The translations under genes were made by a program, and so were the position numbers. DNA of 64,000 nucleotides from Armatimonadota bacterium (GTDB lineage Bacteria; Armatimonadota; HRBIN16), in the NCBI GenBank assembly GCA_963677485.1, contig OY781964.1:1-64000 (forward strand), read 5' to 3'. Below the pieces are notes generated by a model, which was given only the letters and a program-made list of their open reading frames with translations, was not told the DNA's origin and did not search any database. Positions 51,586 to 62,138 of this stretch are shown in pieces (within the stretch, counting starts at the first letter, position 1; each line of letters starts with the position of its first letter).

Positions 51586-52536
51586 TTAGCTGCAGGCGGG
51601 TTCCAGAACCTCAACGGTGCACCGGTCGGCGTCGAGTCTGGTGCGCACACCAAACGGCAGCGTGATTTTCGGTGTGTAGTGTCCCACCTGAAAACCGATG
51701 ATCGTCGGACGCCCAACGGGACGCACGATGTCGTTAAATACCTCAGCCAGGGTCTGATTTCCTGCGTACCCGTTTTCGGTGTGGCAGCCAGACCAGGTGC
51801 CCAGGATGATGCCAGCAGCCTGCTCCAGTTTACCCGCCAGCCGAAGTTGCGTCAGCATTCGATCGACGCGGTATTCCTCTTCGCTGATCTCTTCCAAAAC
51901 CAGCAACTTGCCGCGGGTGTCCAGTTCATACGGCGTGCCCATCAGTGCGGTGATCAACGACAGGTTGCCTCCCACCATCTCACCCTCCGCAGAGCCGCTC
52001 ACCAGCGTTTTGATCTCAATACCACCCACAGGATTGGATAGTTGTCCAATGGGAGCGGTGGTGCTGATGGCTTTCAGCATGCTGTCATGCGAAAAGCTAT
52101 CCAGCTCAGGAACCATGCACGACGCGGGCATCGGAGAGTGGAAGGTGACCATGTGGCACCGTTGGGTGATGGCGATCAGCAGCGCGGTGATGTCGCTGTA
52201 GCCTGCAAACAGCTTCGGGTGCGCGGCGATCGTCTCGTAATCGAGCAAATCCAAAATGCGTGGAGTGCCATAACCGCCCTTCAGACAGACGATGCCGTCG
52301 ATGGCCGGATCGGCGAACATCGCATTGAGATCATCCGCACGGCACTGGTCGGAACCCGCCAGATATCCGGTTCGTTGGAAGCAGCTTGGGCCTGGTTTGG
52401 TGCGAAATCCCTGCCGATGAAGCCACTCCAGCGAACGATAGACCACCTCATCACCGCTGACCGGGCTGGCGGGTGCCACCACGCCCACGCAATCTCCCGG
52501 GCGCAGCGCCTTGGGACGTATAGCCTGCGCTAACAT
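51586..52536 (-). CDS. ldcA: S66-family LD-carboxypeptidase
   Basis: GGYG, GYSDIT (Ser), GGNL, LEE (Glu), GH (His). Confidence 0.9.
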   Translation of the reverse strand: MLAQAIRPKALRPGDCVGVVAPASPVSGDEVVYRSLEWLHRQGFRTKPGPSCFQRTGYLAGSDQCRADDLNAMFADPAIDGIVCLKGGYGTPRILDLLDYETIAAHPKLFAGYSDITALLIAITQRCHMVTFHSPMPASCMVPELDSFSHDSMLKAISTTAPIGQLSNPVGGIEIKTLVSGSAEGEMVGGNLSLITALMGTPYELDTRGKLLVLEEISEEEYRVDRMLTQLRLAGKLEQAAGIILGTWSGCHTENGYAGNQTLAEVFNDIVRPVGRPTIIGFQVGHYTPKITLPFGVRTRLDADRCTVEVLEPACS

Positions 52537-53360
52537 GACTCCAACTCCGGGTATAACACGAAGGAGAAGAAGCGAAGCAACTCACCCATATCTGAGGTGC
52601 AAAACCTCACCGTGCGGGAGCCATCCAACGAGGCGCCCGGATAGAACGAACGGCGATAGGCCACATGATGAACTTTGAACATGATCTCCACATCAAACTG
52701 ACTGGGCAAATCCACCATGCATGCGCTGAGATCACCCTGCAAAGCTACGTAGGCCGCCAGCTCCACCTGCTGAAGTAAACCCGCAGGAGAAGACGAAACT
52801 GTGGCACCGCCAAGCCCGTGCTTGAGCGCCACGGTGTGGATGTTGGCATTCAACCGCTTGGCACTCTCGCAAAGCTGATGGTCGCCGCTCACAAACACCA
52901 GCGGCACCGAGTAATATGAGGCGGTATAGGCCGCGATCACGCACTCGCTAACCTCTTCACCGTTGATCTTCACGTGAACACAACTGTCGTTCATGGTGTG
53001 GGACATCGGGTTGCCAGCCCATCCCGCTGCCGAATGGTAGCCCACCAGCATGGCGGCGTCGAAGCTGCTGTCAAGCATCGCCATCATGGCGTTCGGTTCA
53101 CCGGTCCAGCCACGGACCAGACGGGCCTCTTCGGGCAACTGTTGGAAGTAGATATTGCGCGCGGTGTGGTGGCCGTCACGCACTAACAGATCGGTGGCTC
53201 CGGCTTTCAATGCACCCAGGCACGCCGCACGCACATGCTGTGTCATCACATCTGCAAAATACTGGTAGTGCGGTGTTTCGATATTTGCCTCGGGCCAGCG
53301 CACCACGCCCGGTAGCCCTTCGAAATCCGCTGAGATATATATTTTCATAACTGTCCTCAC
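52530..53360 (-). CDS. dppA: M55-family D-aminopeptidase, second paralog
   Basis: YISADFEG, DGH, GYH, SHT, VSGD. Confidence 0.9.
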   Translation of the reverse strand: MRTVMKIYISADFEGLPGVVRWPEANIETPHYQYFADVMTQHVRAACLGALKAGATDLLVRDGHHTARNIYFQQLPEEARLVRGWTGEPNAMMAMLDSSFDAAMLVGYHSAAGWAGNPMSHTMNDSCVHVKINGEEVSECVIAAYTASYYSVPLVFVSGDHQLCESAKRLNANIHTVALKHGLGGATVSSSPAGLLQQVELAAYVALQGDLSACMVDLPSQFDVEIMFKVHHVAYRRSFYPGASLDGSRTVRFCTSDMGELLRFFSFVLYPELESC

Positions 53361-53403
53361 GATCGTATTCCACTCAATATGATAACACTGAGATTAGGGT
53401 GCA

Positions 53404-53632
53404 CTCACGCGAAGACGCGGAATACGGAATGTCTCACGCGAAGACGCGAAGACGCGAAGGATATGGTATAGAAAGATTTGTGTGAACCGTGGATAGCCGG
53501 TTCCGACGGATTGGACGGATCGGTCGGATGGAACAACCGCCTGGCGATTCTTCCCGCTCCCTCTCCACGCCCTCCGCGTCTTCGCGTGAGACATTCCATT
53601 CTCTCTCCGCGCCCTCCGCGTCTCCGCGTGAC
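53404..53632. repeat. Nested inverted repeat of cacgcgaagacgcgaag 9-mer modules
   Basis: tctcacgcgaagacgcgaagacgcgaagg against ctccgcgtcttcgcgtgaga; inner cggattggacggatcgg. Confidence 0.8.
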
Positions 53633-53638
53633 ACAACA

Positions 53639-54751
53639 CTATCCTTCGATGTATATCCGTGGCACGCGTGGGCCGATGGTACACAAAACCTCATTGCGGT
53701 TGGTGTTCCCCCACTCCGCCAGCTCCATCAGGCCCACGCCCGGTTCATCCACTTCGCTGAGCAGCAGCACTTCGTCGCCTATGATCACACCGGCAATGTC
53801 TGTCACATCGATGGTGCATTGGTCCATGCAGACTGAGCCCACCACTGGTGCCCGCTGCCCACGCACGCTGACCCACGCCTTATTGGCCAGGCAGCGCGAG
53901 TATCCATCGGCATACCCCACCGCCAGGGTGGCGATGCGAGTGGGTCTCTGAGTGACGAAGTAGCTGTCATAGCCGATGCTTTCGCCTGCAGGCACATCCA
54001 TGATATGGCTGATAGTGGTGATGAAACGGACGGGCAGCTTCAAACACAGCTCCTCCGGCTTATGTTCGGAAGGCGGCGCACCATAAAGGATTGCACCAGC
54101 ACGGACCATGTCCATCTGATGGTCGGGATAGCGCACCATGCCGATGCTGTCACAGATGCTCAACGTAGGCAGTTTCAGACCCAGCTCTTGCAGCCACTGC
54201 ACCATCTGGCGAAACAGCTCGATTTGCTGATAGTCTTGTGTGGGTTCACGCAGCGAAAGGTGTGCAAACAGCGTATCGACCACCACTCCACGCAGACGGG
54301 TGATCTGCTGGATGAGCTCAGCGGTCTGTTTTGTGGCGGGAAAGCCCAGCCGGTGGAATCCGGTATCAAGCTTCACAGCGATGTGGGCATGTTGACCGTG
54401 ATCAAGAGCCGCTTCGGTGGCCAACTCCGCTTGTGCGAACCGGCATACGGTGAGCTGTATCCGGGCCTCGACAGCCGTTGAGATGTCGTCGTCCGACACG
54501 ATGCCCATTACCCACAAGGGTGCCTGGGGATACTGGTACCGAAGCTCTATGGCCTCACTCAGGCAGGCCACGGCCAACAAATCGGCCCCGCCATCCAGCA
54601 TCACTTGCGCTATCTCCACCGCACCAAATCCGTAGGCGTTGGCCTTGATCACCGCCGCCAATTTTACATTGGGGCGAAGCATGGCCCTCACCGCTTGCAG
54701 GTTGGCGGCCACCGCATTGAGGTCCACTTCCAGCCATGTTCTACGCGTCAA
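53639..54751 (-). CDS. alr: Alanine-racemase-family PLP enzyme with atypical active-site residues
   Basis: WLEVDL, VIKANAYG, KLDTG..RLG, GYADG, CMDQ, RVPR. Confidence 0.9.
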   Translation of the reverse strand: MTRRTWLEVDLNAVAANLQAVRAMLRPNVKLAAVIKANAYGFGAVEIAQVMLDGGADLLAVACLSEAIELRYQYPQAPLWVMGIVSDDDISTAVEARIQLTVCRFAQAELATEAALDHGQHAHIAVKLDTGFHRLGFPATKQTAELIQQITRLRGVVVDTLFAHLSLREPTQDYQQIELFRQMVQWLQELGLKLPTLSICDSIGMVRYPDHQMDMVRAGAILYGAPPSEHKPEELCLKLPVRFITTISHIMDVPAGESIGYDSYFVTQRPTRIATLAVGYADGYSRCLANKAWVSVRGQRAPVVGSVCMDQCTIDVTDIAGVIIGDEVLLLSEVDEPGVGLMELAEWGNTNRNEVLCTIGPRVPRIYIEG

Positions 54752-54828
54752 GGTTGATGCCTCCTAAGGCGGATTTTTGTGGGTGTGACAACCTTAGGAT
54801 ACCTTATACACCATGATCGTGTGTAGTG

Positions 54829-55061
54829 ATTCACTCACACGGAGACGCGGAGGGCGCGGAGGGGATTGTCCGAACCACGGATTACGCGGATTGATGGGAT
54901 GACACGGATGGAGAGGGAGAGGGACGGGAATGCCTGCACCTTATCCTCTCCATCCGAACCTATCCGTGTCATCTGTGTAGTCCGTGGTTCAGACAAAGAG
55001 CCTGCAGGTCAAACACACACCATCTCCCCTCCGCGACCTCCGCGTCTCCGCGTGAGTGAAT
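54829..55061. repeat. Nested two-family palindrome (~230 bp)
   Basis: attcactcacacggagacgcggagg/cctccgcgtctccgcgtgagtgaat outer; tgtccgaaccacgga...gacacggat/atccgtgtc...tccgtggttcagaca inner. Confidence 0.8.
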
Positions 55062-55096
55062 CCCTTGGGTTTTATGCTATGGTGACTAGTGAAAAG

Positions 55097-55170
<74 letters not shown>

Positions 55171-55194
55171 AATTGAGGTTGGATCAGCACAAAA

Positions 55195-55223
55195 ATTATA
55201 CCACGATGCTCGATTTCGCGCAA
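55195..55223 (-). promoter_or_regulatory. Promoter of tRNA-Gly
   Basis: TTGCGC-17 nt-TATAAT on minus strand. Confidence 0.7.
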
Positions 55224-55244
55224 GCTCACTCACTCACCGCGCCG

Positions 55245-56339
55245 TCAGATCGGCTCATCCTTCGAATCTGCCACCACGATGATATCGATATCTTTGGTCT
55301 GCCGCATGATGCGCGTAATGATGGAGCCTTTGAGTATCTCCTGAAGCCGACCACGCGCTGATTGGCCCATCACAATCGCGGTTGCACCTGCCTGTACGGC
55401 ATACTGGACGATCTCACCAGAGACCGAATCGCCCTCCAGCTCAACCACTTTACCGCCGAAGTTCCTCGCGAGTTCATAGACGCAGTTGATCTGGTCCTGC
55501 TCACGTTTGGTCAGGCTGGCTCCCGGCGGCCTCACAAACACCACGTCAAATGTGCCCTGCATCCGCTTCGAAATACGGTAACCACGCCGGACTAGCTTCT
55601 GCGCCACGGTTCGAGGGGTCACACATACCAAAACATGCTCGCGAGCCAGCTTCCCTTGGGCCATATCATGCCCTTTCATGTATTCATGAAGCTGCTCGTC
55701 CACCTCCTCAGCGGTTCGCTGCAAGGCCAGCTCGCGCAAAGCCACGATGTTGCCTTTCCGGAAGAAGTTGGCCAGTGCCTGCGGGATCTTATCTTCTTTG
55801 TAGATGTCGCCTCGCTTCAGCCGGTTGATCAGCGCATCTGCGGTCAGGTCGACCAATTCCACTTCATCAGCCGAGTCGATGACCCAATCGGGTACAGTCT
55901 CACGCACCCTCACGCCGGTAATCTCAAAAACCACATCGTTCAAGCTCTCCACGTGCTGCACATTCAATGTGGTGATCACATTGATCCCAGCCCCTCTGAT
56001 CTCCTCGATGCTCTGCCAGCGTTTGGCATGAACCGTGCCCGGCACGTTGGTGTGCGCCAGTTCATCGATCAGCACACATTCCGGATGGCGGGATATCACA
56101 GCGGCGGTATCAAGTTCGTAAAAAACCGTGTCGCGGTATTCAATCTTCTTCAACGGAATCTGCTCGAACCCTTGCATCTGCTCAGCGGTGGCAGGTCGAC
56201 CGTGTGTCTCGATCAATCCAATCACAATATCCTCACCACGGCCGACGCGCCGATGCGTCTCGGACAGCATCTTGTAGGTCTTTCCTACACCAGCCACCGC
56301 ACCGACGAATATCTTGAGTTTCCCTCGGTCTGAGCTCAT
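55245..56339 (-). CDS. kdpD: Stand-alone KdpD N-terminal (KdpD + USP) protein
   Basis: RGKLKIF.GA..GVGKTY.ML, DELAHTN, NFFRKGN; USP domain; no TM or kinase. Confidence 0.9.
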   Translation of the reverse strand: MSSDRGKLKIFVGAVAGVGKTYKMLSETHRRVGRGEDIVIGLIETHGRPATAEQMQGFEQIPLKKIEYRDTVFYELDTAAVISRHPECVLIDELAHTNVPGTVHAKRWQSIEEIRGAGINVITTLNVQHVESLNDVVFEITGVRVRETVPDWVIDSADEVELVDLTADALINRLKRGDIYKEDKIPQALANFFRKGNIVALRELALQRTAEEVDEQLHEYMKGHDMAQGKLAREHVLVCVTPRTVAQKLVRRGYRISKRMQGTFDVVFVRPPGASLTKREQDQINCVYELARNFGGKVVELEGDSVSGEIVQYAVQAGATAIVMGQSARGRLQEILKGSIITRIMRQTKDIDIIVVADSKDEPI

Positions 56340-56920
56340 TTTAGCGTTCGGCCTGCCTCATCAAGTTCAAGGTTAATCCGCAGCACGTTGACCCTTGGCT
56401 CACCCAGAAAGCCTAATTCACGCTGGGTGATGTGGTCGGCTACAAGCTGCTTGACACGTTCTACCGATAAGCCGCGGGTCTTCGCCACACGCGGCACCTG
56501 AGCATATGCGTTCGCGATGCTAATGTCGGGATCTAATCCGCTACCCGAAGCGGTCACCATATCTACTGGTATCTGACCAGCATCAACTCCAGGGTTTTGG
56601 AGCCGTACGGCCTTTGAACGGTCTGCTATGGTCTCAAGCAGTACCTTGCTGGTGGGCCCAAGGTTTGACCCGCCTGATGATACGGCATCGTATCCTTTCC
56701 CGGCCGCAGATGGTCGGGAATGGAAGTAGGTAGCATCTGCGAATTGCTGACCGATCAGTTCCGAGCCGATTACTCTACCGTTCACTCTGACCAGGCTGCC
56801 ATTCGCCTGCCTAGGAAACAGCAGTTGGGCTAATCCTGTCATCACCAGCGGATAGAGAATCCCTAGCACGACCATCGTCACAAGTGCCATGCGAATAGCG
56901 ATCGATGTATGTCTTCCCAT
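56336..56920 (-). CDS. kdpC: K+-transporting ATPase subunit C
   Basis: QANGSL, YFHSRPSA, SGSGLDPDIS, RVNVL. Confidence 0.96.
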   Translation of the reverse strand: MGRHTSIAIRMALVTMVVLGILYPLVMTGLAQLLFPRQANGSLVRVNGRVIGSELIGQQFADATYFHSRPSAAGKGYDAVSSGGSNLGPTSKVLLETIADRSKAVRLQNPGVDAGQIPVDMVTASGSGLDPDISIANAYAQVPRVAKTRGLSVERVKQLVADHITQRELGFLGEPRVNVLRINLELDEAGRTLK

Positions 56921-56930
56921 TCTTGACCTC

Positions 56931-59048
56931 CTAAGCCGCCAGACCGAGGGCTACCAGTATCAAGTCGATAAACTTAAGCCCGATAAACGGCACCACGATC
57001 CCGCCTGCACCGTAGACCAGCAGGTTGCGCTGCAGCAGCGAAGCCGCACCCAGCGGACGGTATTTCACGCCTCTGAGCGCCAACGGGATCAGTGCCACGA
57101 TCACCAACGCGTTGAAGATGATGGCCGAAAGAATGGCACTGTGCGGTGAATGGAGCTGCATGATGTTGAGCTTGTTGAGCACAGGATACGTCGTGGCAAA
57201 AATAGCTGGGATGATCGCGAAATACTTCGCCACATCGTTGGCAATACTGCATGTGGTCAACGCTCCGCGGGTCATCAAGAGCTGTTTGCCGATCTCCACT
57301 ATCTCAATGAGCTTGGTGGGATTGGAATCCAAATCCACCATGTTACCCGCCTCTTTGGCGGCCATCGTGCCGGTATTCATCGCCACGCCCACATCGGCCT
57401 GCGCCAGTGCGGGAGCGTCATTGGTGCCATCTCCGGTCATCGCCACTAGTTTACCTTGTGACTGCTCCTTCTTGATCAATTCCATCTTGTTCTCAGGTGT
57501 CGCTTGAGCGAGGAAATCATCCACTCCGGCCTCTTTCGCGATCGCCGCAGCGGTGAGCGGGTTATCGCCGGTGATCATCACCGTGCGGATACCCATAGCC
57601 CTGAGCTGATCAAAGCGTTCCTTGATGCCGCCCTTCACCACATCCTTCAAGTGGATCACTCCCACGATATTGCTGTCTTTAGCCACAACGAGAGGCGTGC
57701 CTCCAGAATTCGAGACCGATTCGACGATGGGCCGCAGTTGGTTGGGTATGGAACCCTTCTGCCTTTGCACCCAGGCGATGACGGCATCCGCCGCGCCTTT
57801 CCGGATGCAGTGGCCGTCGATATCGACCCCACTCATACGTGTCACAGCAGTAAACTCCACGAATTCGGCGTCCGGGTCGATGTGCCGGTCGCGAATTCCG
57901 AAGCTCTTGGCAAGCACGACGACCGAGCGTCCCTCAGGCGTCTCGTCGCTGAGCGAGGCCAGTTGGGCGATGTCCGCCACTTCCCTCTCAGATAACCCAT
58001 TCACCGGGATGAACTCCGCAGCCTGGCGGTTGCCGAAGGTGATGGTGCCGGTTTTGTCCAGAAGCAATGTGTCCACATCCCCCGCCGCCTCGACAGCGCG
58101 TCCCGACATGGCCAGCACATTATGCTGGATCAGTCGATCCATACCGGCGATCCCAATGGCCGATAGAAGCCCGCCGATGGTGGTGGGGATCAAACAAACC
58201 AGCAATGCGATCAGCACAGAAATGGGCACGGCACCACCGGAATAGATGGCGAAACACTCCAGTGAGACCACCACCAGCATGAAGATGATGGTCAGTCCGG
58301 CCAGTAGAATATCAAGTGCGATCTCATTCGGGGTTTTCTGCCGTGAGGCACCCTCCACTAGCGAAATCATGCGGTCAAGGAAGCTCTTACCGGGATCAGA
58401 CATGATCTTCACCTTGATCCGGTCGGAAAGCACCTTAGTGCCGCCCGTGACGGCACTGCGGTCACCACCGCTTTCGCGAATCACGGGTGCCGACTCGCCG
58501 GTGATTGCGGATTCATCCACCGAAGCTATCCCTTCCACCACCTCGCCATCACCCGGTATCACCTCGCCAGCCGTCACCATCACCACATCACCACGTCGAA
58601 GCTGTGCAGCCGACACATGGGTCAGCTTCCCATTGAGGATCAGGTTGGCTACGGTATCGGTCTTCATCTTCCGCAGGGTATCAGCTTGCGCTTTGCCTCT
58701 GCCTTCCGCCATAGCCTCGGCGAGGTTTGCGAATAGGACAGTAAACCACAGCCAGACCGCGATGGCACTCAGGAAAGCCACGTCTGGGCCACCACGCAAC
58801 GCATCCACGACTGCATAGTATGTGCATATCACGCTGCCCACTTCCACCACAAACATCACCGGACTGTGTATCATCTTTCTGGGATCAAGCTTCACAAGCG
58901 CATCGAGAGCAGCCTGAGGGATGAGTTTCCCCATCGAGTCATGGCTGCGGTGTCTGCCGCCCGATACTTCATCAGTCGGCATCACTATATCGGTATCAAT
59001 CTCTTCACGTTCTATGGTCGCGCTGCTTCTATTAGTCATCTTCATCAC
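56931..59048 (-). CDS. kdpB: K+-transporting ATPase subunit B
   Basis: [23 protein letters not shown]. Confidence 0.97.
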   Translation of the reverse strand: MMKMTNRSSATIEREEIDTDIVMPTDEVSGGRHRSHDSMGKLIPQAALDALVKLDPRKMIHSPVMFVVEVGSVICTYYAVVDALRGGPDVAFLSAIAVWLWFTVLFANLAEAMAEGRGKAQADTLRKMKTDTVANLILNGKLTHVSAAQLRRGDVVMVTAGEVIPGDGEVVEGIASVDESAITGESAPVIRESGGDRSAVTGGTKVLSDRIKVKIMSDPGKSFLDRMISLVEGASRQKTPNEIALDILLAGLTIIFMLVVVSLECFAIYSGGAVPISVLIALLVCLIPTTIGGLLSAIGIAGMDRLIQHNVLAMSGRAVEAAGDVDTLLLDKTGTITFGNRQAAEFIPVNGLSEREVADIAQLASLSDETPEGRSVVVLAKSFGIRDRHIDPDAEFVEFTAVTRMSGVDIDGHCIRKGAADAVIAWVQRQKGSIPNQLRPIVESVSNSGGTPLVVAKDSNIVGVIHLKDVVKGGIKERFDQLRAMGIRTVMITGDNPLTAAAIAKEAGVDDFLAQATPENKMELIKKEQSQGKLVAMTGDGTNDAPALAQADVGVAMNTGTMAAKEAGNMVDLDSNPTKLIEIVEIGKQLLMTRGALTTCSIANDVAKYFAIIPAIFATTYPVLNKLNIMQLHSPHSAILSAIIFNALVIVALIPLALRGVKYRPLGAASLLQRNLLVYGAGGIVVPFIGLKFIDLILVALGLAA

Positions 59049-59052
59049 CTCC

Positions 59053-60780
59053 CTAACCTATACGGCCTGCGTACATCATCAAGTGTTCGACCACCGGTCC
59101 CAGCGCGTATGCCGGGAAGAACGTGAGCGCCCCGACGATCAGTATCACCCCCACCAACAGCCCAACGAACAGTCCTCCAGTGGTCGGAAATGTGCCGCTC
59201 GATTCTGGAACCCGCTTCTTCTTCACCAGCGACCCGGCGATAGCCATGATCGGTATGATGAACATAAATCGGCCGATGAGCATTGCACATCCAAGAACGG
59301 TGTTGTAGAACGGCGTATTGGCAGATAGGCCTGCAAATGCACTTCCGTTGTTTCCAGTTGCGGAACTGGCTGCATAGAGTATCTCTGACAACCCATGCGG
59401 CCCGGTGTTCAACCGACCAGCAAGACCAGATGGCGTGACAGATGCCACGGCACTGAACCCAAGTATGCTGACCGCAACCACAAGAATAGCCAGCATGGCC
59501 ATCTTCATTTCCTTCGGCTCTATCTTCTTACCGAGATATTCCGGAGTTCGTCCCACCATCAACCCTGCGATGAACACAGCGAGTATGGCGAACATCAGCA
59601 TCCCAAGCAGTCCCGAGCCGACACCGCCAAAGATGATCTCGCCAAGCGCAATGTTGAGCATCGCGATACCGCCGCCCAGTGGCGTGTAGCTGTCGATCAT
59701 TGAGTTAACGGCTCCGCAGGAGGCATCTGTAGTCGCGGTCGTAAAGAGTGCTGAGCCAGATATACCAAACCGCGTCTCTTTGCCCTCCATGTTTCCACCA
59801 GATTGTTGACTGCTGGCCTGCTGATAAACCCCCAGTTTGGTCATCAATGGGTTACCGGCTTGCTCTGTCCAATAGATTCCACTCACACCGCCCAGGAACA
59901 TGATCATCATCGCTGAGAATAGTGCCCAGCCTTGCTTTTGGTTGCCGACGAAACGGCCAAAAGTGTAGGTAAGTCCCGCTGGGATTAAGAAGATGGCAAG
60001 CACCTGCAGGAAGTTGGTGAGTGGGGTTGGATTTTCGTATGGATGTGCGGAGTTGGCGTTGAAGAACCCTCCGCCGTTGATCCCGATCATCTTGATCGCC
60101 TCTTGTGAGGCCACGGGACCTTGGGCGATCACCTGATGAGCACCTTCCAATGTGTTCACTGTGACATACGGCGACAGGTTTTGTATCACACCTTGTGAAA
60201 CAAACACCAGCCCAAGCACGATGGACAACGGCAGAAACACCCACAGACAGGATCGGGTGAGATCCACCCAGAAGTTGCCTATCTCCTCCACCGAATGGCG
60301 TGACAAGGCCCGTAGGAACGCCACAGCCAGAGCCAGACCGACTCCGGCAGACACGAAGTTCTGCCAGGTGAGCCCAACCATTTGGGTGAAATAACTCGCG
60401 GCACTCTCGCCTGCATACGCCTGCCAGTTGGTATTTGTGACAAAACTCACGGCGGTGTTGAATGCCAGCATCGGATCCATAGAAGCAGCGTGCGCGGCAT
60501 TCCACGGTAGAATGTGCTGAAACCTCAAGATCGCGTACAACACGAACAGACAAACCATACTAAAGATCAGCATCGTTGAGGTATAGGTCGTCCATTTCAT
60601 TTCACGCTGAGGGTCCACTCCGCAAATCCTGTAAATCACATTCTCAACAGGCCGCAACACTGGATCAAGCAGCGTTCGTTCGCGACGAAACACCTTGGCC
60701 ATATAGGCACCCATCGGCTTTGTCAGTAGTATCAGCAGAACTGCAAACACCACTATCTGCGATACACCCATCCATATCAT
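59053..60780 (-). CDS. kdpA: K+-transporting ATPase subunit A
   Basis: [26 protein letters not shown] filter motifs. Confidence 0.97.
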   Translation of the reverse strand: MIWMGVSQIVVFAVLLILLTKPMGAYMAKVFRRERTLLDPVLRPVENVIYRICGVDPQREMKWTTYTSTMLIFSMVCLFVLYAILRFQHILPWNAAHAASMDPMLAFNTAVSFVTNTNWQAYAGESAASYFTQMVGLTWQNFVSAGVGLALAVAFLRALSRHSVEEIGNFWVDLTRSCLWVFLPLSIVLGLVFVSQGVIQNLSPYVTVNTLEGAHQVIAQGPVASQEAIKMIGINGGGFFNANSAHPYENPTPLTNFLQVLAIFLIPAGLTYTFGRFVGNQKQGWALFSAMMIMFLGGVSGIYWTEQAGNPLMTKLGVYQQASSQQSGGNMEGKETRFGISGSALFTTATTDASCGAVNSMIDSYTPLGGGIAMLNIALGEIIFGGVGSGLLGMLMFAILAVFIAGLMVGRTPEYLGKKIEPKEMKMAMLAILVVAVSILGFSAVASVTPSGLAGRLNTGPHGLSEILYAASSATGNNGSAFAGLSANTPFYNTVLGCAMLIGRFMFIIPIMAIAGSLVKKKRVPESSGTFPTTGGLFVGLLVGVILIVGALTFFPAYALGPVVEHLMMYAGRIG

Positions 60781-60806
60781 CTCAGGCCTCCCAGCAGCTT
60801 ACGCAT

Positions 60807-60896
60807 CTACAGCCGTTCCGGCTTCAGCAGGCAGAAAAATAGATAAGCTAACAGTGCAACCGAGATCAACCCGATCACCACATATTCCGGGCTCAT
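60807..60896 (-). CDS. kdpF: K+-transporting ATPase subunit F (29 aa, not in ORF track)
   Basis: MSPEYVVIGLISVALLAYLFFCLLKPERL; YL...L.PE motif directly upstream of kdpA. Confidence 0.9.
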   Translation of the reverse strand: MSPEYVVIGLISVALLAYLFFCLLKPERL

Positions 60897-61165
60897 TATT
60901 TACCACCTATAGCTTCTCGGTTGCTCTCACGTAAAGCAGGCTCATCCCGAAAAACACGAGCACTATCGCGATCATGGTCAGGTCCAGCATTGTTGATCAC
61001 CTCAATCTTTTCTATGGCTCCTACCATTCGGTCAGGACGGCCGGGACGGCGTCCCCAGGTATCTTCGCACTCTGGGCTGCACCAGTAACGCACCTGGCAC
61101 CAGGTATACAACCTCATGATTACCAGGTATGCGCCGATTGCGAATATCACATGCCATGCATCCAT
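60896..61165 (-). CDS. Small hypothetical membrane protein overlapping the 27-aa peptide
   Basis: GGAGG RBS before MDAWHVIFAIGAYLVIMRLY; C-terminal part overlaps the other ORF. Confidence 0.45.
   Translation of the reverse strand: MDAWHVIFAIGAYLVIMRLYTWCQVRYWCSPECEDTWGRRPGRPDRMVGAIEKIEVINNAGPDHDRDSARVFRDEPALRESNREAIGGK
60907..60990 (-). CDS. 27-aa single-TM peptide upstream of kdpF
   Basis: GAGGTG RBS; MLDLTMIAIVLVFFGMSLLYVRATEKL. Confidence 0.75.
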   Translation of the reverse strand: MLDLTMIAIVLVFFGMSLLYVRATEKL

Positions 61166-61213
61166 TTCGAAACCTCCCAAGCCTAATATGCTTAGGCTTG
61201 TAAATATCTGGTC

Positions 61214-61294
61214 ATAGGGGCGCCCCTTGTGGGCGCCCTGAACTAGAACCGTTTAGTAATCAACGATTAGGGCGCCCACAAGGGACGCCCCTAC
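61214..61294. repeat. Inverted REP doublet in the kdp leader
   Basis: ataggggcgccccttgtgggcgccc / gggcgcccacaagggacgcccctac. Confidence 0.85.
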
Positions 61295-61439
61295 GACCGT
61301 ATCAATAACAGCGTAGGCTGCCGTGCCAGCACGGGCCGGTTCTTGTTCTTTCATCTAGAGAATACAATTGGAGGTATAAACGGGATGTGAACCCGAGCTG
61401 GGTATGTGTTAAGTTTTTGTATAGCTGAGGATTTGAGGC

Positions 61440-62138
61440 TTAGGAGGAGGTGAAGCGGAAGCCGACGCCGGTTTCAGTCAGTATATAGCGAGGCGAGGAG
61501 GGTCGGGGTTCGATCTTCTTTCGCAGGTGGCTGATATGCACGCGCAGTGTCTGGGCGTCCTCAAGGTATTCAGGCCCCCACACTTTCTGCAGGATCATTT
61601 TTGAGGTCAGCACGCAATCGGCGTTTTGAGCCAGATAAGCCAGGATATCAAACTCCATCCTGGTGAGCTCGATCTCTTGGCCCGCACGCATGACGGTGCG
61701 TTTGGCGATGTCTATCTCCAGTTCACCCGCATGGATCACTGGCGGAGCGGAGACAACCGCCGCAGTCCTGCGCAACAGCGCGCGGATTCTAGCCAGCAGC
61801 TCGGTGGTAGAAAATGGCTTGGTGAGGTAGTCATCAGCACCGATGTCCAGGGCCGCCACCTTATCGGCATCACCGCTGATTACGGACAGCATCAGGATCG
61901 GACCCTCATACCAGTTGCGAAGCTCGCGGCACACATCGATGCCGGTAAGACCCGGCATGGCCATGTCCAGTATCACCAGATCAGGCGGGAGCTCGATGGC
62001 CAAGCTGATGCCTTCTTCTCCATTAGAGGCCAGCACCACATCATATTTGCGGGCCGTCAGTATCGACTTGAGAGCTCTTCGGATCTGCTCCTCATCGTCA
62101 ACGACCAAAACCCGTGCCATTTTTTCTGGTGAACTCAT
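61440..62138 (-). CDS. kdpE: OmpR-family response regulator
   Basis: VVDDE, ILD, GADDYLTKPF, LRVHISHLRKKIE..PRYILTE.GVGFR. Confidence 0.92.
   Translation of the reverse strand: MSSPEKMARVLVVDDEEQIRRALKSILTARKYDVVLASNGEEGISLAIELPPDLVILDMAMPGLTGIDVCRELRNWYEGPILMLSVISGDADKVAALDIGADDYLTKPFSTTELLARIRALLRRTAAVVSAPPVIHAGELEIDIAKRTVMRAGQEIELTRMEFDILAYLAQNADCVLTSKMILQKVWGPEYLEDAQTLRVHISHLRKKIEPRPSSPRYILTETGVGFRFTSS

Noticed and set aside
53394-53951. Several short ORFs over the repeat region
   Set aside because: Open frames arise from 9-mer periodicity or are antisense to alr
54763-54772. cctaaggcgg, a 10-nt match to the element end
   Set aside because: No hairpin follows and it overlaps the alr RBS (AGGAGG on the minus strand); probably chance
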